Position numbers and translations under genes: made by a program | DNA from: Escherichia phage vB_EcoM_SA35RD | Sequence record: OL960577.1 | Reading direction: 5' to 3' (one strand) | DNA: 64,000 nt | Notes under the pieces: model-generated | Told to the model about the DNA's origin: nothing | What the model saw: only the letters and a program-made list of their open reading frames with translations | Database searches by the model: none | Shown here: positions 23,048 to 33,846 of the stretch, one piece after another | Position numbering within the stretch: the first letter of the stretch is position 1 | Layout of the letters: every line of letters starts with the position of its first letter

Positions 23048-24216
23048 AAGTATTCCAACGTCCAGGATATCCTAACTTAAGCGTTAAATTATACCAAGAT
23101 TATTCGGCTTGGCAAGAAAATAGATACGTTGAACTCGCAGCAACAATAACAACTTTAACCATGCGAGATTCGTTATATGGAAGAAATGAAGGGATTCTTC
23201 AATTTTATGACACTAAAAACATCCACACTAAAATGGACGGTAGACAGATAGTTCAAATCTCTGTTTCAAATTCAAACACGCCTCTCCAAGTTAGAACTCG
23301 AATTTATGGATGCAAACATTATTCTGTGTCTGTGGACTCAAAAGGTGACAATATTATTGCAATTGAGCTTGGAACAATACATTCTATAGAGAACCTTAAA
23401 TTTGGGCGACCATTCTTCCCGGACGCAGGCGAATCTATACGTGAAATGTTAGGTGTCATATACAAAGACCGTGCGTTAATTACTCCGCCAATAAACACTA
23501 TTAATGCTTATGTTCCTGATATCCCTTGGACAAGCACATTTGATGATTATTTGGCATATGTCAGAGAATTAGGACTTGCTACAGCGAGTGATAAGTTCGT
23601 ATTCGTATGGCAAGATATTTTAGGCGTAAACATGATTGACTATGATACTCTTATTGGTCAGGAAGGCATTAAGATGATTGTAGGCGAGCCAAATACCGTA
23701 GGTCAGTATATTCAAGAGCTTGAGTATCCATTAGTATGGGATTTCACCTGGATGACTAAAGCTAACCAATTTACAAGAGACCCTATTAAAAACGCCACGA
23801 TATTCGCTCATTCATTTTTAGATACATCTATTCCGGTTATTGTTACAGGCGATGGTGATAATGCTATTGTTGTGTCAAGATCCGGTGGATATTCCGAAAT
23901 GACCTATCGTAATGGATTTGAAGAAGCAAGTCGTCTTCAGACAATGGCTCAATATGACGGATATGCTAAATGCACTACTACAGGTAATTTTAACATAACT
24001 CCTGCTACTAAAATTATATTTGTTGACCAAAAGAACCAATTCAAATCCGAATTTTACGTAGATGAAGTTATTCATGAGTTATCAAATAACAACTCACAAA
24101 CTCATCTGTACATGTTTACCAACTCAATGGTGTTAGAACCTGTTAACCCAGTTAAGGTTAAAAATGAACTTAAATCTGATTCTACCTCTAAAGAAAATAA
24201 TTCTACCACAGTCTAA
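23044..24216 (+). CDS. 27: baseplate hub protein gp27
   Basis: 390 aa, T4 gp27 size and position. Confidence 0.9.
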   Translation: MKVFQRPGYPNLSVKLYQDYSAWQENRYVELAATITTLTMRDSLYGRNEGILQFYDTKNIHTKMDGRQIVQISVSNSNTPLQVRTRIYGCKHYSVSVDSKGDNIIAIELGTIHSIENLKFGRPFFPDAGESIREMLGVIYKDRALITPPINTINAYVPDIPWTSTFDDYLAYVRELGLATASDKFVFVWQDILGVNMIDYDTLIGQEGIKMIVGEPNTVGQYIQELEYPLVWDFTWMTKANQFTRDPIKNATIFAHSFLDTSIPVIVTGDGDNAIVVSRSGGYSEMTYRNGFEEASRLQTMAQYDGYAKCTTTGNFNITPATKIIFVDQKNQFKSEFYVDEVIHELSNNNSQTHLYMFTNSMVLEPVNPVKVKNELKSDSTSKENNSTTV

Positions 24217-24697
24217 TAAAAAGGTAATGATTCCTAAATTAGGGCTCAAACATTATAATCTTTTAAAGGACGTTAAAGGTCCTGACGAAAACATGAAAAT
24301 CTTAGCTGATTCTATTTGTAAAAATATGAGTCCTGCAGATTTTGATTTTGCATGTCTACACATATTGGAATTTAATAACAAACTTAAGTCTGAAGTTGAA
24401 AAAGACGGATTCACGTATAAACTAGATGACGTCTATGTATGCCAACGAACAGAATTCCAATTCCAAGGCAATACTTTTTATTTTAGACCTCCAGGCAAAT
24501 TTGAACAATTCGCTACAATCAGTGAAATGCTATCAAATTGCTTAATAAAAGTTAATGACGAAGAGAAAGAAATTTCTTTCCTTGAGATGCCTGCTTTTGT
24601 AATCAAATGGGCAGAAGACCTTTCGACAACTATTGCTATTCCAGGCCCTAATGGCCCTATTAAGGGTATAGCAGAAATTATTGGATTGCTTGAATGA
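24164..24697 (+). CDS. 28: baseplate hub distal protein gp28
   Basis: 177 aa (T4 gp28 size) if started at 24164, overlapping gene 27 by 53 nt; an alternative ATG lies at 24227. Confidence 0.75.
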   Translation: MNLNLILPLKKIILPQSNKKVMIPKLGLKHYNLLKDVKGPDENMKILADSICKNMSPADFDFACLHILEFNNKLKSEVEKDGFTYKLDDVYVCQRTEFQFQGNTFYFRPPGKFEQFATISEMLSNCLIKVNDEEKEISFLEMPAFVIKWAEDLSTTIAIPGPNGPIKGIAEIIGLLE

Positions 24698-26466
24698 AAC
24701 CTGAAGAAATGAAATCCATGCGTAGAAATAAGGTCATTGCCGATAATAAACCACAAAAAGTAGCTGCAACAGCAGCTACCGATTCATTAGAAGCATTGAA
24801 TGACATTTCATCAAAACTAGACGATGTCCAAGCCGCGTCTGAACTCACATCACAAAGTGTAGAAGATAAAGGCAATGGAATTATTGAATCAATTGGAGAC
24901 TTAAAGAATTCGACAGATAATACTGCTGAAGGCACAGAGCTTATCGCAGAAGTTATTGAAAAACAAACTGAAGTCACTAAAAGTATAAACGAAGTTTCTA
25001 GTGCAATAAGCTCTAAGTTAGACCGATTAGCTACATTATTAGAGCAAAAATTACAAACATCTACCGCTATTCAAAATACAGGAGGCACCTCTCTTGAAGT
25101 AATTGAGAACGCAATACCTGTTAAAGTGGTTGAGAATGAAACTTCTGATGAGTTGTTTAAAGCATTACCTACACCTGAAAAGATTGATAATAAGCCAGAC
25201 GAAGATTTCTTCCCAGCCCCGGTTCAAGAAAGTGCTAATTCTACTTCCGATTCTAAAGGCGGAATTAGCTTTAAATTGAGCGATAAAATTGCAATGCTCA
25301 CCAAAACAGTTCAAACCGGGTTTAATAAATCAATATCAATTTCGGACAGAATTGCTGGAATGCTTTTCAAATACACTATAACGGCCGCTATTGAAGCAGC
25401 AAAAATGGCCGCACTTATTCTTGGTATTGTTATCGGTATTGATTTATTGATAGTCCATTTCAAATATTGGACAGACAAGTTCACTTCTGCTTGGGATTTA
25501 TTTGATGAAAACTTTACTAAATTCTCTGATGAAGCTAAAGAGTGGGGTAAATTCTTAAGTGATATATTCACTTCTATTGACTCGATAAAACAATTGTGGG
25601 AAGCTGGAGACTGGGGCGGTTTAACCGTTGCTATTGTCAAAGGTGTAGGAACGGCATTAATGAACTTAGGTGAACTAATTCAATTAGGAATGGCTAAACT
25701 CTCCGCGTCTATATTGCGTGCTATAGGTTTTGGTGATACTGCGGACGAAATAGAAGGACGTGCTTTGGAAGGATTCCAAGAAACTACTGGGAATAAATTA
25801 AAGAAAGAAGACCAAGAGAAAGTCGCTAAATATCAAATGAAGCGTGACGATGGGGAATTAGGAACCGTTTCTAAAGGTCTTGATATGTTACAACGCGGCA
25901 AAACATTCGTTACTAACTGGGTTCGTGGTAATGACAATAAAGAAGAGTTTAGTACAAGCGATGAGCGTGCTGCGGAATCAGCAAAATTAAAAGAGTTACC
26001 TGAAGAGGAGCGTAAAGAGGCATACATAAAAGCGAATGAAACTCGTGCGGCACTGGTTAGATTTGAGGATTATATCGATAAAATCGATATGACTAATCCG
26101 GAAAATGCTAAAAACGTTGAGAAGTCTTATGCTGATTTAAGTAAACTTATTAAAGACCCTGAACTTAATAAAACTCCTGTTGTTAAAAAGGAATTAGATG
26201 CTAGATTTGAAAAGCTAAATAATAAAATGGCTGAAGCCAAAAAGGCTCAGACCACAGTTAAGCCTGAATCTTCGTCTAAATCTCCGGAAGCAAAACAAGT
26301 TCAGTCAATAGAGAAAGGACGTGCTTCTGAATCTAAACAACAGCAACCGGTAGCGGCGATTAGTAACACAAATAATGTCGTCAAAAAGAATACCGTAGTC
26401 CAGAATATGGCCCCTGTAACAAGTACAACGGCTCCTGGAATTTTCCATGCCACCGGTGTTAATTAA
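24694..26466 (+). CDS. 29: baseplate hub / tail length determinator gp29
   Basis: 590 aa, T4 gp29 size and position. Confidence 0.9.
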   Translation: MKPEEMKSMRRNKVIADNKPQKVAATAATDSLEALNDISSKLDDVQAASELTSQSVEDKGNGIIESIGDLKNSTDNTAEGTELIAEVIEKQTEVTKSINEVSSAISSKLDRLATLLEQKLQTSTAIQNTGGTSLEVIENAIPVKVVENETSDELFKALPTPEKIDNKPDEDFFPAPVQESANSTSDSKGGISFKLSDKIAMLTKTVQTGFNKSISISDRIAGMLFKYTITAAIEAAKMAALILGIVIGIDLLIVHFKYWTDKFTSAWDLFDENFTKFSDEAKEWGKFLSDIFTSIDSIKQLWEAGDWGGLTVAIVKGVGTALMNLGELIQLGMAKLSASILRAIGFGDTADEIEGRALEGFQETTGNKLKKEDQEKVAKYQMKRDDGELGTVSKGLDMLQRGKTFVTNWVRGNDNKEEFSTSDERAAESAKLKELPEEERKEAYIKANETRAALVRFEDYIDKIDMTNPENAKNVEKSYADLSKLIKDPELNKTPVVKKELDARFEKLNNKMAEAKKAQTTVKPESSSKSPEAKQVQSIEKGRASESKQQQPVAAISNTNNVVKKNTVVQNMAPVTSTTAPGIFHATGVN

Positions 26467-26474
26467 GGATTATT

Positions 26475-27584
26475 ATGATTAGTGTAAAAGAAATAGTAGT
26501 AGATGCAAAGGATTTAAATAAAGCAATCCCAGTCTCAGAAAGTGCTGGGCAAAGCACTAAAACCGAAACAACTACTAAAACTTATGTTGCTCAATTTCCT
26601 ACAGGAAGAGCAGCCGGAAATGACTCCACAGGAGACTTCCAGGTAACAGACCTTTATAAGAACGGATTATTATTTACCGCGTACAATATGTCTGCACGCG
26701 ATTCAGGATCCCTCAGGAATTTACGTCCGGCGTATGCCGGAACTTCATCTAATGGTATCATATCAGATTTAACTGATAATGTGAAAGATGCAGTGACTAA
26801 ATTCTCTAATGGGTTGCTTCCTGCCGGAGCTAATAAATCTACTATAAATAAAACTCCTGTTGCCAATATCCTTTTGCCACGTTCCAAATCTGACGTTGAT
26901 ACAACTTCACATCGTTTTAATGATATCGGTGATAGCCTTATTACTAAAGGTGGAGGTACTGCTACGGGTGTTTTAAGTAACATTGCTTCTACTGCAGTTT
27001 TTGGTGCATTAGATTCTATTACTCAAGGGCTTATGGCTGATAATAACGAACAGATTTATACGACTTCTCGTAGTATGTATGGCGGTGCTGAGAACCGTAC
27101 TAAAGTCTTTACATGGGATTTAACTCCACGTTCAACTGAAGACCTTATGGCTATTATAAACATTTACCAGTATTTTAACTATTTCTCATATGGTGAGACC
27201 GGTAAATCACAGTACGCCCAAGAGATTAAAAGTTATTTAGACGAATGGTATCGTTCAACGTTTATTGAGCCTATGACGCCAGATGATGCAGTAAAAAATA
27301 AGACATTGTTTGAAAAGATTACTGCGTCATTAACAAACGTATTAGTTGTAAGCAACCCTACAATTTGGATGGTTAAAAACTTTGGTTATACATCTAAATT
27401 TGATGGATTAACTGACGTATTTGGCCCATGTCAAATTCAAAGTGTACGTTTTGATAAAACTCCAAATGGACAATTTAATGGTCTCGCTGTTGCTCCTAAC
27501 TTACCATCAACATTTACGTTAGAGATAACAATGCGAGAAATTATTACATTAAACCGTTCTTCACTTTATGCGGGGACTTTCTAA
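26475..27584 (+). CDS. 48: baseplate tail tube cap gp48
   Basis: 369 aa at the T4 gene 48 position. Confidence 0.9.
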   Translation: MISVKEIVVDAKDLNKAIPVSESAGQSTKTETTTKTYVAQFPTGRAAGNDSTGDFQVTDLYKNGLLFTAYNMSARDSGSLRNLRPAYAGTSSNGIISDLTDNVKDAVTKFSNGLLPAGANKSTINKTPVANILLPRSKSDVDTTSHRFNDIGDSLITKGGGTATGVLSNIASTAVFGALDSITQGLMADNNEQIYTTSRSMYGGAENRTKVFTWDLTPRSTEDLMAIINIYQYFNYFSYGETGKSQYAQEIKSYLDEWYRSTFIEPMTPDDAVKNKTLFEKITASLTNVLVVSNPTIWMVKNFGYTSKFDGLTDVFGPCQIQSVRFDKTPNGQFNGLAVAPNLPSTFTLEITMREIITLNRSSLYAGTF

Positions 27585-28546
27585 TGTACTCTTTAGAAGA
27601 ATTTAATAACCACGCTATAAATGCGGATTTCCAACGAAACAATATGTTTAGTTGTGTATTTGCTACTACCCCATCGACCAAATCATCTTCACTAATTTCG
27701 TCAATTGGTAGTTTTGCTTATAATAACTTAGGGTTGGATTCAGATTGGCTAGGATTGTCTCAAGGTGATATCAATCAGGGCGTAACAACCCTGATTACAG
27801 CAGGAACACAGAAATTAATTCGAAAATCGGGTGCAAGTAAATATCTGATTGGAGCAATGAGTCAACGTACGGTACAAAGCTTGTTAGGTGAGTTCACAGT
27901 AGGAACTTATCTGATAGACTTCTTCAATATGGCATATAATAATACAGGTTTAATGATTTATTCTGTAAAAATGCCTGAGAACCGATTATCTTATGAAACG
28001 GATTTCAACTATAACTCCCCGAACATCCGAATTACCGGTCGTGAAATGGACCCGTTAGTAATAAGCTTTAGAATGGATTCCGAAGCATCTAACTTTAGAG
28101 CAATGCAAGACTGGGTAAACTCAGTCCAAGACCCTGTAACAGGTCTTCGTGCTTTACCACAAGACGTCGAAGCAGATATTCAGGTTAATTTACACGCACG
28201 AAATGGTTTACCGCATACCGCTGTCATGTTCACCGGATGTATTCCTGTTAGTGTCTCTTCTCCTGAGTTAACGTATGATGGTGATAATCAGATAACAGTT
28301 TTTGATGTAACATTTGCTTATCGCGTTATGCAATCAGGTGCTGTAAATAGACAGGCTGCTTTAGAATGGTTGGAATCAGGACTTATTAGTAGTGTTTCAG
28401 GAATGTTTGGAAATAATCAGAATGATTCTGGACTAGGAAGTGCAGTATCAAGACTTTCTAGATTAGGTGGGACTGCTGGTGGTGTGTCTAATATAAACAC
28501 ATTGACAGGTGTTGTGAATTCTGCGTCAAGAGTTTTAGGACTATAA
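27584..28546 (+). CDS. 54: baseplate tail tube initiator gp54
   Basis: 320 aa, T4 gp54 size and position. Confidence 0.9.
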   Translation: MYSLEEFNNHAINADFQRNNMFSCVFATTPSTKSSSLISSIGSFAYNNLGLDSDWLGLSQGDINQGVTTLITAGTQKLIRKSGASKYLIGAMSQRTVQSLLGEFTVGTYLIDFFNMAYNNTGLMIYSVKMPENRLSYETDFNYNSPNIRITGREMDPLVISFRMDSEASNFRAMQDWVNSVQDPVTGLRALPQDVEADIQVNLHARNGLPHTAVMFTGCIPVSVSSPELTYDGDNQITVFDVTFAYRVMQSGAVNRQAALEWLESGLISSVSGMFGNNQNDSGLGSAVSRLSRLGGTAGGVSNINTLTGVVNSASRVLGL

Positions 28547-28547
28547 G

Positions 28548-28571
28548 AAAAAGGGAGACGTTGTCTCCCTT
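28548..28571 (-). terminator. terminator after ORF 28579..28872 (minus strand), convergent with gene 54
   Basis: 9-bp stem AAGGGAGAC/GTCTCCCTT; on the minus strand followed by TTTTT. Confidence 0.6.
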
Positions 28572-28578
28572 TAGGGGT

Positions 28579-28872
28579 TTATTTACGGAATGAAAGGAAT
28601 GCTGGTGCTCGGAATGGAGTATCATCTTTAGAGTATTTAACTAATACGACCATTGGTACCTCTGTTTCTAAATGACCTGTCACTACACCGATAAAAATTT
28701 GATCAGTGTGCTCAGGGTCACGAAAGTTTTTAAGAGGTTCCATAGCAATATGGAATGCACCTGGGAATACTCGATTCAATTCGTCAATCACAGCTTCGTT
28801 AAAAACATCATCCGCTGGGATAGCATCTTCAACTACTAGTTCTTGACCATTAAAGCGAAGCATAGATTTCAT
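28579..28872 (-). CDS. hypothetical protein (T4 alt.-1/-2/-3 position)
   Basis: Start set at ATG 28872 with GAGGAAA SD, downstream of an early promoter; the track ORF start at 28944 lies upstream of that promoter and overlaps alt. Confidence 0.5.
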   Translation of the reverse strand: MKSMLRFNGQELVVEDAIPADDVFNEAVIDELNRVFPGAFHIAMEPLKNFRDPEHTDQIFIGVVTGHLETEVPMVVLVKYSKDDTPFRAPAFLSFRK

Positions 28873-28901
28873 AACGTTTTCCTCATGTTGTTGATGGGAT
28901 G

Positions 28902-28931
28902 ATAGTATCACACATCCATGTGTTTGTAAAC
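28902..28931 (-). promoter_or_regulatory. early promoter upstream of the ORF 28579..28872
   Basis: Minus strand GTTTAC-18 nt-TACTAT followed by leader caacaacatGAGGAAAacgtt-ATG. Confidence 0.55.
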
Positions 28932-31018
28932 TATCCTTGGACAAATTTAAACGGAACTGATTCTAAATCCATTAAAGATGCTAACAATTTCAAACCTTTA
29001 GGTGCACTAGTTTTTTCTACAAATGAAGCAAAAGATACCGGCTCATCTGATTCGATTTCACCCGTCATAGCAACCACATCGCCTGTTTCCATGAGAACAT
29101 CGCCATCGTAAATGACAGCTTCGTCCAACTGGTCCGAGGACATGACTTCAGCTTGAATAAATTTAAGGTTGGATTCTAAACCTGCACCAGTATCAGATGA
29201 CGCATCTGTAATTTTATTTATCTGCAAGAGGATGCCTCTAGGCAAAATAATTTCTTGCTCATTAGGGTGATTACTCAACTGTCCTGGATAAATCACGTTA
29301 ACTTTATGGGCACCATCAATAGCCCATCCGACGTTAACACGGATTTGTTCTGGTGCATGTATAGCTGTTCTTACTTGACTAGGAGAAATAGTAACACCTT
29401 CGTCATTATTGTCAATGTTAAGCTCTTTGCGAACTTCTTCAGGAGCAAGTCCAAGGGCAACGTTCTCTTTAAACCCACCGAAAATAATAGGAGCTAGTGA
29501 AGTGGAAACATAGTTTCTGAAGTAGAATACCTTATTTTTAACCATTGCTTCGTAAATAGGCATTCTGATAGACTGAGCTCTATATAACGTTAGTCCTTCA
29601 GGTAAACGGTCTCCATTTAAAAACGCCGAATCAAGACCATCAATAGCGCGTTTAACTTCATCTTCATCCGCAACATCGTAAAAATCTGGTTTATAACGAC
29701 CTAACAACATGTTATTGATATCGGTATACGCAGAAGAGGCGTATTCACGAATAGCTCGTTTTTCAGCAACAGAGTATTGTTTAGGGTCCCGATTCATTGT
29801 TATATTAAAGGTGCCTCTAGCCGATTCTCGTGCATAAGTATACATCACATTAGACAAGAACGCTGATTTACGTTGTTTCCAAGTTCTTTCAGATACTTCA
29901 GCTAAAACGTCATCAGGCAGTTGGAAATTATCACGTCTAAAATCTTCAAACCATTCGTCTTTAATAGAGTCTGCAATTTCATTTGCAGCTTCAACAAAAG
30001 CAGCTAATGCTTTAACAGATGTTGTTTTTTCGGTTTTAATTTTCTTAGCAAACTTTTCTAAAGTCGGCTTAATAACACTACCATAAGAAACTTCATCGGC
30101 AAATTTAAAGGATTCATCAATACGATTATAAATCTTATTTTCGATATCAGCAACTAAAGTGCCTTTTGCTGTGGACGATGCTTGGGCTAGTACGATTTCA
30201 TATGCTTCAGGAAGTAATTCGGCTGTAGCCGGGCCACTAACTTCTTTAGCAGAATTTTCGTATTTCTGGAATAACTCACCTTCTTGGCGGTCAGCTTCTA
30301 AAGATTGACTTGCTGCAATAGCACGACGAGAAATTTTAGTACGAGCAATAACAGGCTTATCTTTACGTTTTTCTTCTACAGCAGCAATAGAACCAGCGAT
30401 AGCCGTTTCTTTGGTGACCTTTTCGCCGGTCTTTTTACTCACATAAACTTCGCCAACATCAGAATCTACTTTCGTGTACAACTCTGTGTTAATGTTAGGG
30501 ATGCCTTTAATATCTTCAATGTTGGCATTTTTACGAACCATCATCACATAGGTGTGTTTACCTGTGAATTGATACATTGCCGACAATACTTTAAAACGAC
30601 CACCGGTTTTAGTAGAAACTAAACGAGCAAGAAGAGTTTGAAGCTGTTGTCCACGTCCTTTCAATTTCTTGGTAGGGAACCGGAACAGAACTGCATCCAT
30701 ACGAAGAGCTTTAACCTGTTCATATACTGTATTGAAAATAGTGTTGATTGCATCAATAGGAGCAGGGCCAAGGCCATTTTTCAATTCAGCGAGATTACCC
30801 TTTTCAGATAGACTCATAATAACAACATGAGCGTATTTGTCGCCAAGTTTAACTTGTTTTACTGCGTCGCCTTCAGAAAGGTAAGAGAATAAGCGAACTA
30901 CGATGTTTGTATCGATATCACCAATTTTCCAGACTTGTGGAACTTTAGCTTTAGGGTTCAAATTGACGACAGGAAGACTGCCTTCAGATTCAAACACTTC
31001 ATTTAATTGTTCAGACAT
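28931..31018 (-). CDS. alt: Alt ADP-ribosyltransferase (packaged)
   Basis: 695 aa at the T4 alt position next to gene 30. Confidence 0.85.
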   Translation of the reverse strand: MSEQLNEVFESEGSLPVVNLNPKAKVPQVWKIGDIDTNIVVRLFSYLSEGDAVKQVKLGDKYAHVVIMSLSEKGNLAELKNGLGPAPIDAINTIFNTVYEQVKALRMDAVLFRFPTKKLKGRGQQLQTLLARLVSTKTGGRFKVLSAMYQFTGKHTYVMMVRKNANIEDIKGIPNINTELYTKVDSDVGEVYVSKKTGEKVTKETAIAGSIAAVEEKRKDKPVIARTKISRRAIAASQSLEADRQEGELFQKYENSAKEVSGPATAELLPEAYEIVLAQASSTAKGTLVADIENKIYNRIDESFKFADEVSYGSVIKPTLEKFAKKIKTEKTTSVKALAAFVEAANEIADSIKDEWFEDFRRDNFQLPDDVLAEVSERTWKQRKSAFLSNVMYTYARESARGTFNITMNRDPKQYSVAEKRAIREYASSAYTDINNMLLGRYKPDFYDVADEDEVKRAIDGLDSAFLNGDRLPEGLTLYRAQSIRMPIYEAMVKNKVFYFRNYVSTSLAPIIFGGFKENVALGLAPEEVRKELNIDNNDEGVTISPSQVRTAIHAPEQIRVNVGWAIDGAHKVNVIYPGQLSNHPNEQEIILPRGILLQINKITDASSDTGAGLESNLKFIQAEVMSSDQLDEAVIYDGDVLMETGDVVAMTGEIESDEPVSFASFVEKTSAPKGLKLLASLMDLESVPFKFVQG

Positions 31019-31053
31019 AGTGTTTTCCTTTTAGTAATAATTTATATTTATGC

Positions 31054-31074
31054 CAAAAAGAGCCCGAAGGCTCT
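31054..31074 (-). terminator. terminator after the small ORF between gene 30 and alt
   Basis: AGAGCC-CGAA-GGCTCT; on the minus strand followed by TTTTTGG. Confidence 0.6.
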
Positions 31075-31262
31075 TAATCCACAATCGGAAGCAAAGTACG
31101 ATAAACTTCAAAATTAGAGCCTTTTTCGTACTTATCGAAATTGTCCATAAAAATATGATAGGAATCGTTATTAGGAAAATCTAATATAATCTGAGAGCAA
31201 GAGGTGGAAACATCTCCACCATCCTTCTTAGCTACAATAACTGTTTCTAAATAAGCTTTCAT
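31074..31262 (-). CDS. hypothetical small protein between gene 30 and alt
   Basis: Start at ATG 31262 (TAATG overlap with ligase stop); track ORF begins at a GTG at 31283; terminator downstream. Confidence 0.4.
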   Translation of the reverse strand: MKAYLETVIVAKKDGGDVSTSCSQIILDFPNNDSYHIFMDNFDKYEKGSNFEVYRTLLPIVD

Positions 31263-32755
31263 TATAAACCTGTCTGGGACCACGGTCCAAATACGTCTTC
31301 AAATGAATCCGCTTCTGTTTTATCAAAACGGAACCCTTTAATAATTGGAAGGAAAATACCTACAGTGCCTTCACGGCCTTTAGAATGAACCCAACCATTG
31401 CATTCACAATCAGCAATACGTCCAATCAATTTACCTTCACGAGCTTCGGTCATTAATCGTTCACGGTCTAAATCATGACGCTCGTCTAAAGGAATAAGAA
31501 CCTTTACACCGTCAACTGTTTTATGAGTTGTATCTTTAAAACCTGAACCACAATCAGTTGTAATACGACGACAACGTGATACGAGTTCGACACCACCTAA
31601 TTTGTTAGGGTCTTTAGAGTGTTCATAGTATCCTACAACTTCTAAAGCGATATCAATAACTTCTTTAAATTTAATTAGGTTCTTAGAGCGTTTGTTTTCC
31701 CAATATGAATCACGGTTTTTAAGGATAATACCTTCAAGACCTTGGTCAACATATTTTTTATAAACCACTTTAGCTTCGTCAAGATTACGAACTAACTGAT
31801 TTTCAATTGGCTCAATTCGCTTAAAGCCTTCAGCCATATTTTCAAGAGCAGCAAAACGAACATCGTATTTCTGACCTTTAATTTTGCCGTCAGAATAGAC
31901 TTCATCTAAAGGAACATAGTCCCAGGCTTGAAGAACCATACCTTCCGCTTCTTTAGGAGAAATAGTCCCTTGAAGAGATTTATTTGCTAAACCGTTTGAA
32001 GTGCTACGGTCCGCAACTTGTACTTCTTCGGATTCTTCATTATCACCAAATAAGAACGACAGGTCATTTCCTGAGCTCACAGCCTTTTTAATATCAAATG
32101 AATGATAAACTAATTCACCGTCGATTAAAACCCCATTAGGATGTCTTTCACGAGCTTCTTTAGTCATTTCCATCAGTTCATCCGCTAATAGAGTAAGACC
32201 ATGATATTCGTTACCGGCACGAGAAAAGAATTGAACACCGTCATCGCGAACTTCAGCGAAACAACGAGCACCATCTGCTTTTAATTGGGCAAATGCAGGC
32301 CATTTAATATTTTTAGTAATCAATTTCTCATCATATGCAGATGCTAACATCTGTGGTTGCAATTGAATAAGTCCAGGCCACACCTTATTCGCGATAGACA
32401 CTGAAGCACCTACTTCAAGGTCGCGCATCATTACACGACGAAGGACTTCTACATCATCAGGTTTACCGTCAGCGATATAACCCATGAGCTCTTTAATTGC
32501 AGCATTACCAGTGAGTTTACGAGTGGCTAATGTGAACTCAATAAAATCCAACATGTCATCTAATTCAAGAAGACCGTATGCTTGAGACCTTTCACCTGGC
32601 CCCGGCCATTTCTTAATATAATACTGGATACCACGTGCATATGTTAAACGATACACACGTTCAAGTAATTTGTTGTCCTTATTTTTCTTAAGGATTTCTT
32701 GTTTTGTTTTAGTAGAACCGATCGCAGCTATTTGGTTTAAAATATCTAAAATCAT
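31262..32755 (-). CDS. 30: ATP-dependent DNA ligase gp30
   Basis: 497 aa; N-terminus MILDILNQIAAIGSTKTKQEILKKNKDNKLL and C-terminus match recalled T4 DNA ligase. Confidence 0.95.
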   Translation of the reverse strand: MILDILNQIAAIGSTKTKQEILKKNKDNKLLERVYRLTYARGIQYYIKKWPGPGERSQAYGLLELDDMLDFIEFTLATRKLTGNAAIKELMGYIADGKPDDVEVLRRVMMRDLEVGASVSIANKVWPGLIQLQPQMLASAYDEKLITKNIKWPAFAQLKADGARCFAEVRDDGVQFFSRAGNEYHGLTLLADELMEMTKEARERHPNGVLIDGELVYHSFDIKKAVSSGNDLSFLFGDNEESEEVQVADRSTSNGLANKSLQGTISPKEAEGMVLQAWDYVPLDEVYSDGKIKGQKYDVRFAALENMAEGFKRIEPIENQLVRNLDEAKVVYKKYVDQGLEGIILKNRDSYWENKRSKNLIKFKEVIDIALEVVGYYEHSKDPNKLGGVELVSRCRRITTDCGSGFKDTTHKTVDGVKVLIPLDERHDLDRERLMTEAREGKLIGRIADCECNGWVHSKGREGTVGIFLPIIKGFRFDKTEADSFEDVFGPWSQTGL

Positions 32756-33021
32756 TTGATGTCCTCGATTTTGGTTACGGTTCTATTATAAGCCACTTCA
32801 TCTAGAAGCGATTTCAGCGTTTTCTGATAAGTGGTAATCCATTTACCGAGACCTTCAACATAGTATTCTGAAATGTAGATGAACCCTTGTTCAACACACT
32901 CTTTAAATATTTCTGCGTCTTTTACTGAACGAAACAATGGCCAGTCTCGAAAGAACATGTTAACGTGACCGTAGTCACGTGTGGTATTTTTGCCATCTGT
33001 AATATCATGAACTACAAACAT
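32752..33021 (-). CDS. hypothetical protein (30.x region)
   Basis: 89 aa ORF with ATGA overlap with gene 30; synteny only. Confidence 0.5.
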   Translation of the reverse strand: MFVVHDITDGKNTTRDYGHVNMFFRDWPLFRSVKDAEIFKECVEQGFIYISEYYVEGLGKWITTYQKTLKSLLDEVAYNRTVTKIEDIK

Positions 33022-33030
33022 AATTAACCC

Positions 33031-33846
33031 TTAACAATTTATAGACCAAGTCCATTTGGACGAATCTAAAGGAAAGTTTTGAATCGTCCACCATGGCTGC
33101 ATATCGGTTGGTCCTGGGGTTCGCCAGGTATACGGATTCGACGGAGCGCCAATTTGATTAGGCCATGCGCCTGGACTTGTTGCACCAGATTCTTTAAGCA
33201 AATCCGCCAATCGTTTTAAAAGGTCTTCACGATCTGAATCTGAATTATGCTCGGGTGGAACCAAACGAGATTCAATATCATCCCACGTGTGTACACGTTG
33301 TGCAGTACGAGGAATGGCATCACGTTCACCACGAGCCAACCAATAAATCGGTACATTAAGAATTTCTGCTGCATGGTCACAGTGATGAGCTAAATCGTCA
33401 ACGTAACAAATCACGTTATATTTTGTTTTAGCTAGTTCAAATAATTGTTCTTTTGAAGAATCATGACCACACATCATTACTTCAGAGAAAGCGCCTGGGA
33501 ACAAAGCATTCAAATTAAATTGTCTATTCAATCGAGCATCAATTGAATCACCTAGCGCCGTCACAGCTACAAAATTATAGTCTTCTTTTAGTTTATTGAT
33601 AACTCGAAGAGCATCCGAATAAGGCGCTAAGTAACGAATAAAATCAGAGCTATTATATTTTTCTATTAATTGTTTACCAAGGTTATCGTCGGTATTGAAC
33701 AGTTTACCAGGAGAAATAAATTTTTCGTCCTGAATCATTTTTAAAATATGTTCTAATGGAAGATTATATTTTTGGGCAAAATAAGGAAGTCCAGATTGCC
33801 AGCTTAAACATACACCATCAATATCAGTCAAAATAGTAGGCTTCAT
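33031..33846 (-). CDS. HAD-superfamily hydrolase-like protein (30.x region)
   Basis: 271 aa; N-terminal DIDGV (HAD motif I) and later YVDD (motif IV-like); Trp-rich C-terminal extension. Confidence 0.55.
   Translation of the reverse strand: MKPTILTDIDGVCLSWQSGLPYFAQKYNLPLEHILKMIQDEKFISPGKLFNTDDNLGKQLIEKYNSSDFIRYLAPYSDALRVINKLKEDYNFVAVTALGDSIDARLNRQFNLNALFPGAFSEVMMCGHDSSKEQLFELAKTKYNVICYVDDLAHHCDHAAEILNVPIYWLARGERDAIPRTAQRVHTWDDIESRLVPPEHNSDSDREDLLKRLADLLKESGATSPGAWPNQIGAPSNPYTWRTPGPTDMQPWWTIQNFPLDSSKWTWSINC

Noticed and set aside
29255-30622. Plus-strand ORFs (80 and 105 aa) inside alt
   Set aside because: Antisense to the 695-aa alt ORF; no independent signals.
31036-31052. Near-consensus late promoter (TATAAATT / CATAAATA on minus strand) upstream of alt
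   Set aside because: One mismatch from TATAAATA in either register; plausible because alt is a late, packaged protein, but not an exact match, so not listed as a feature.
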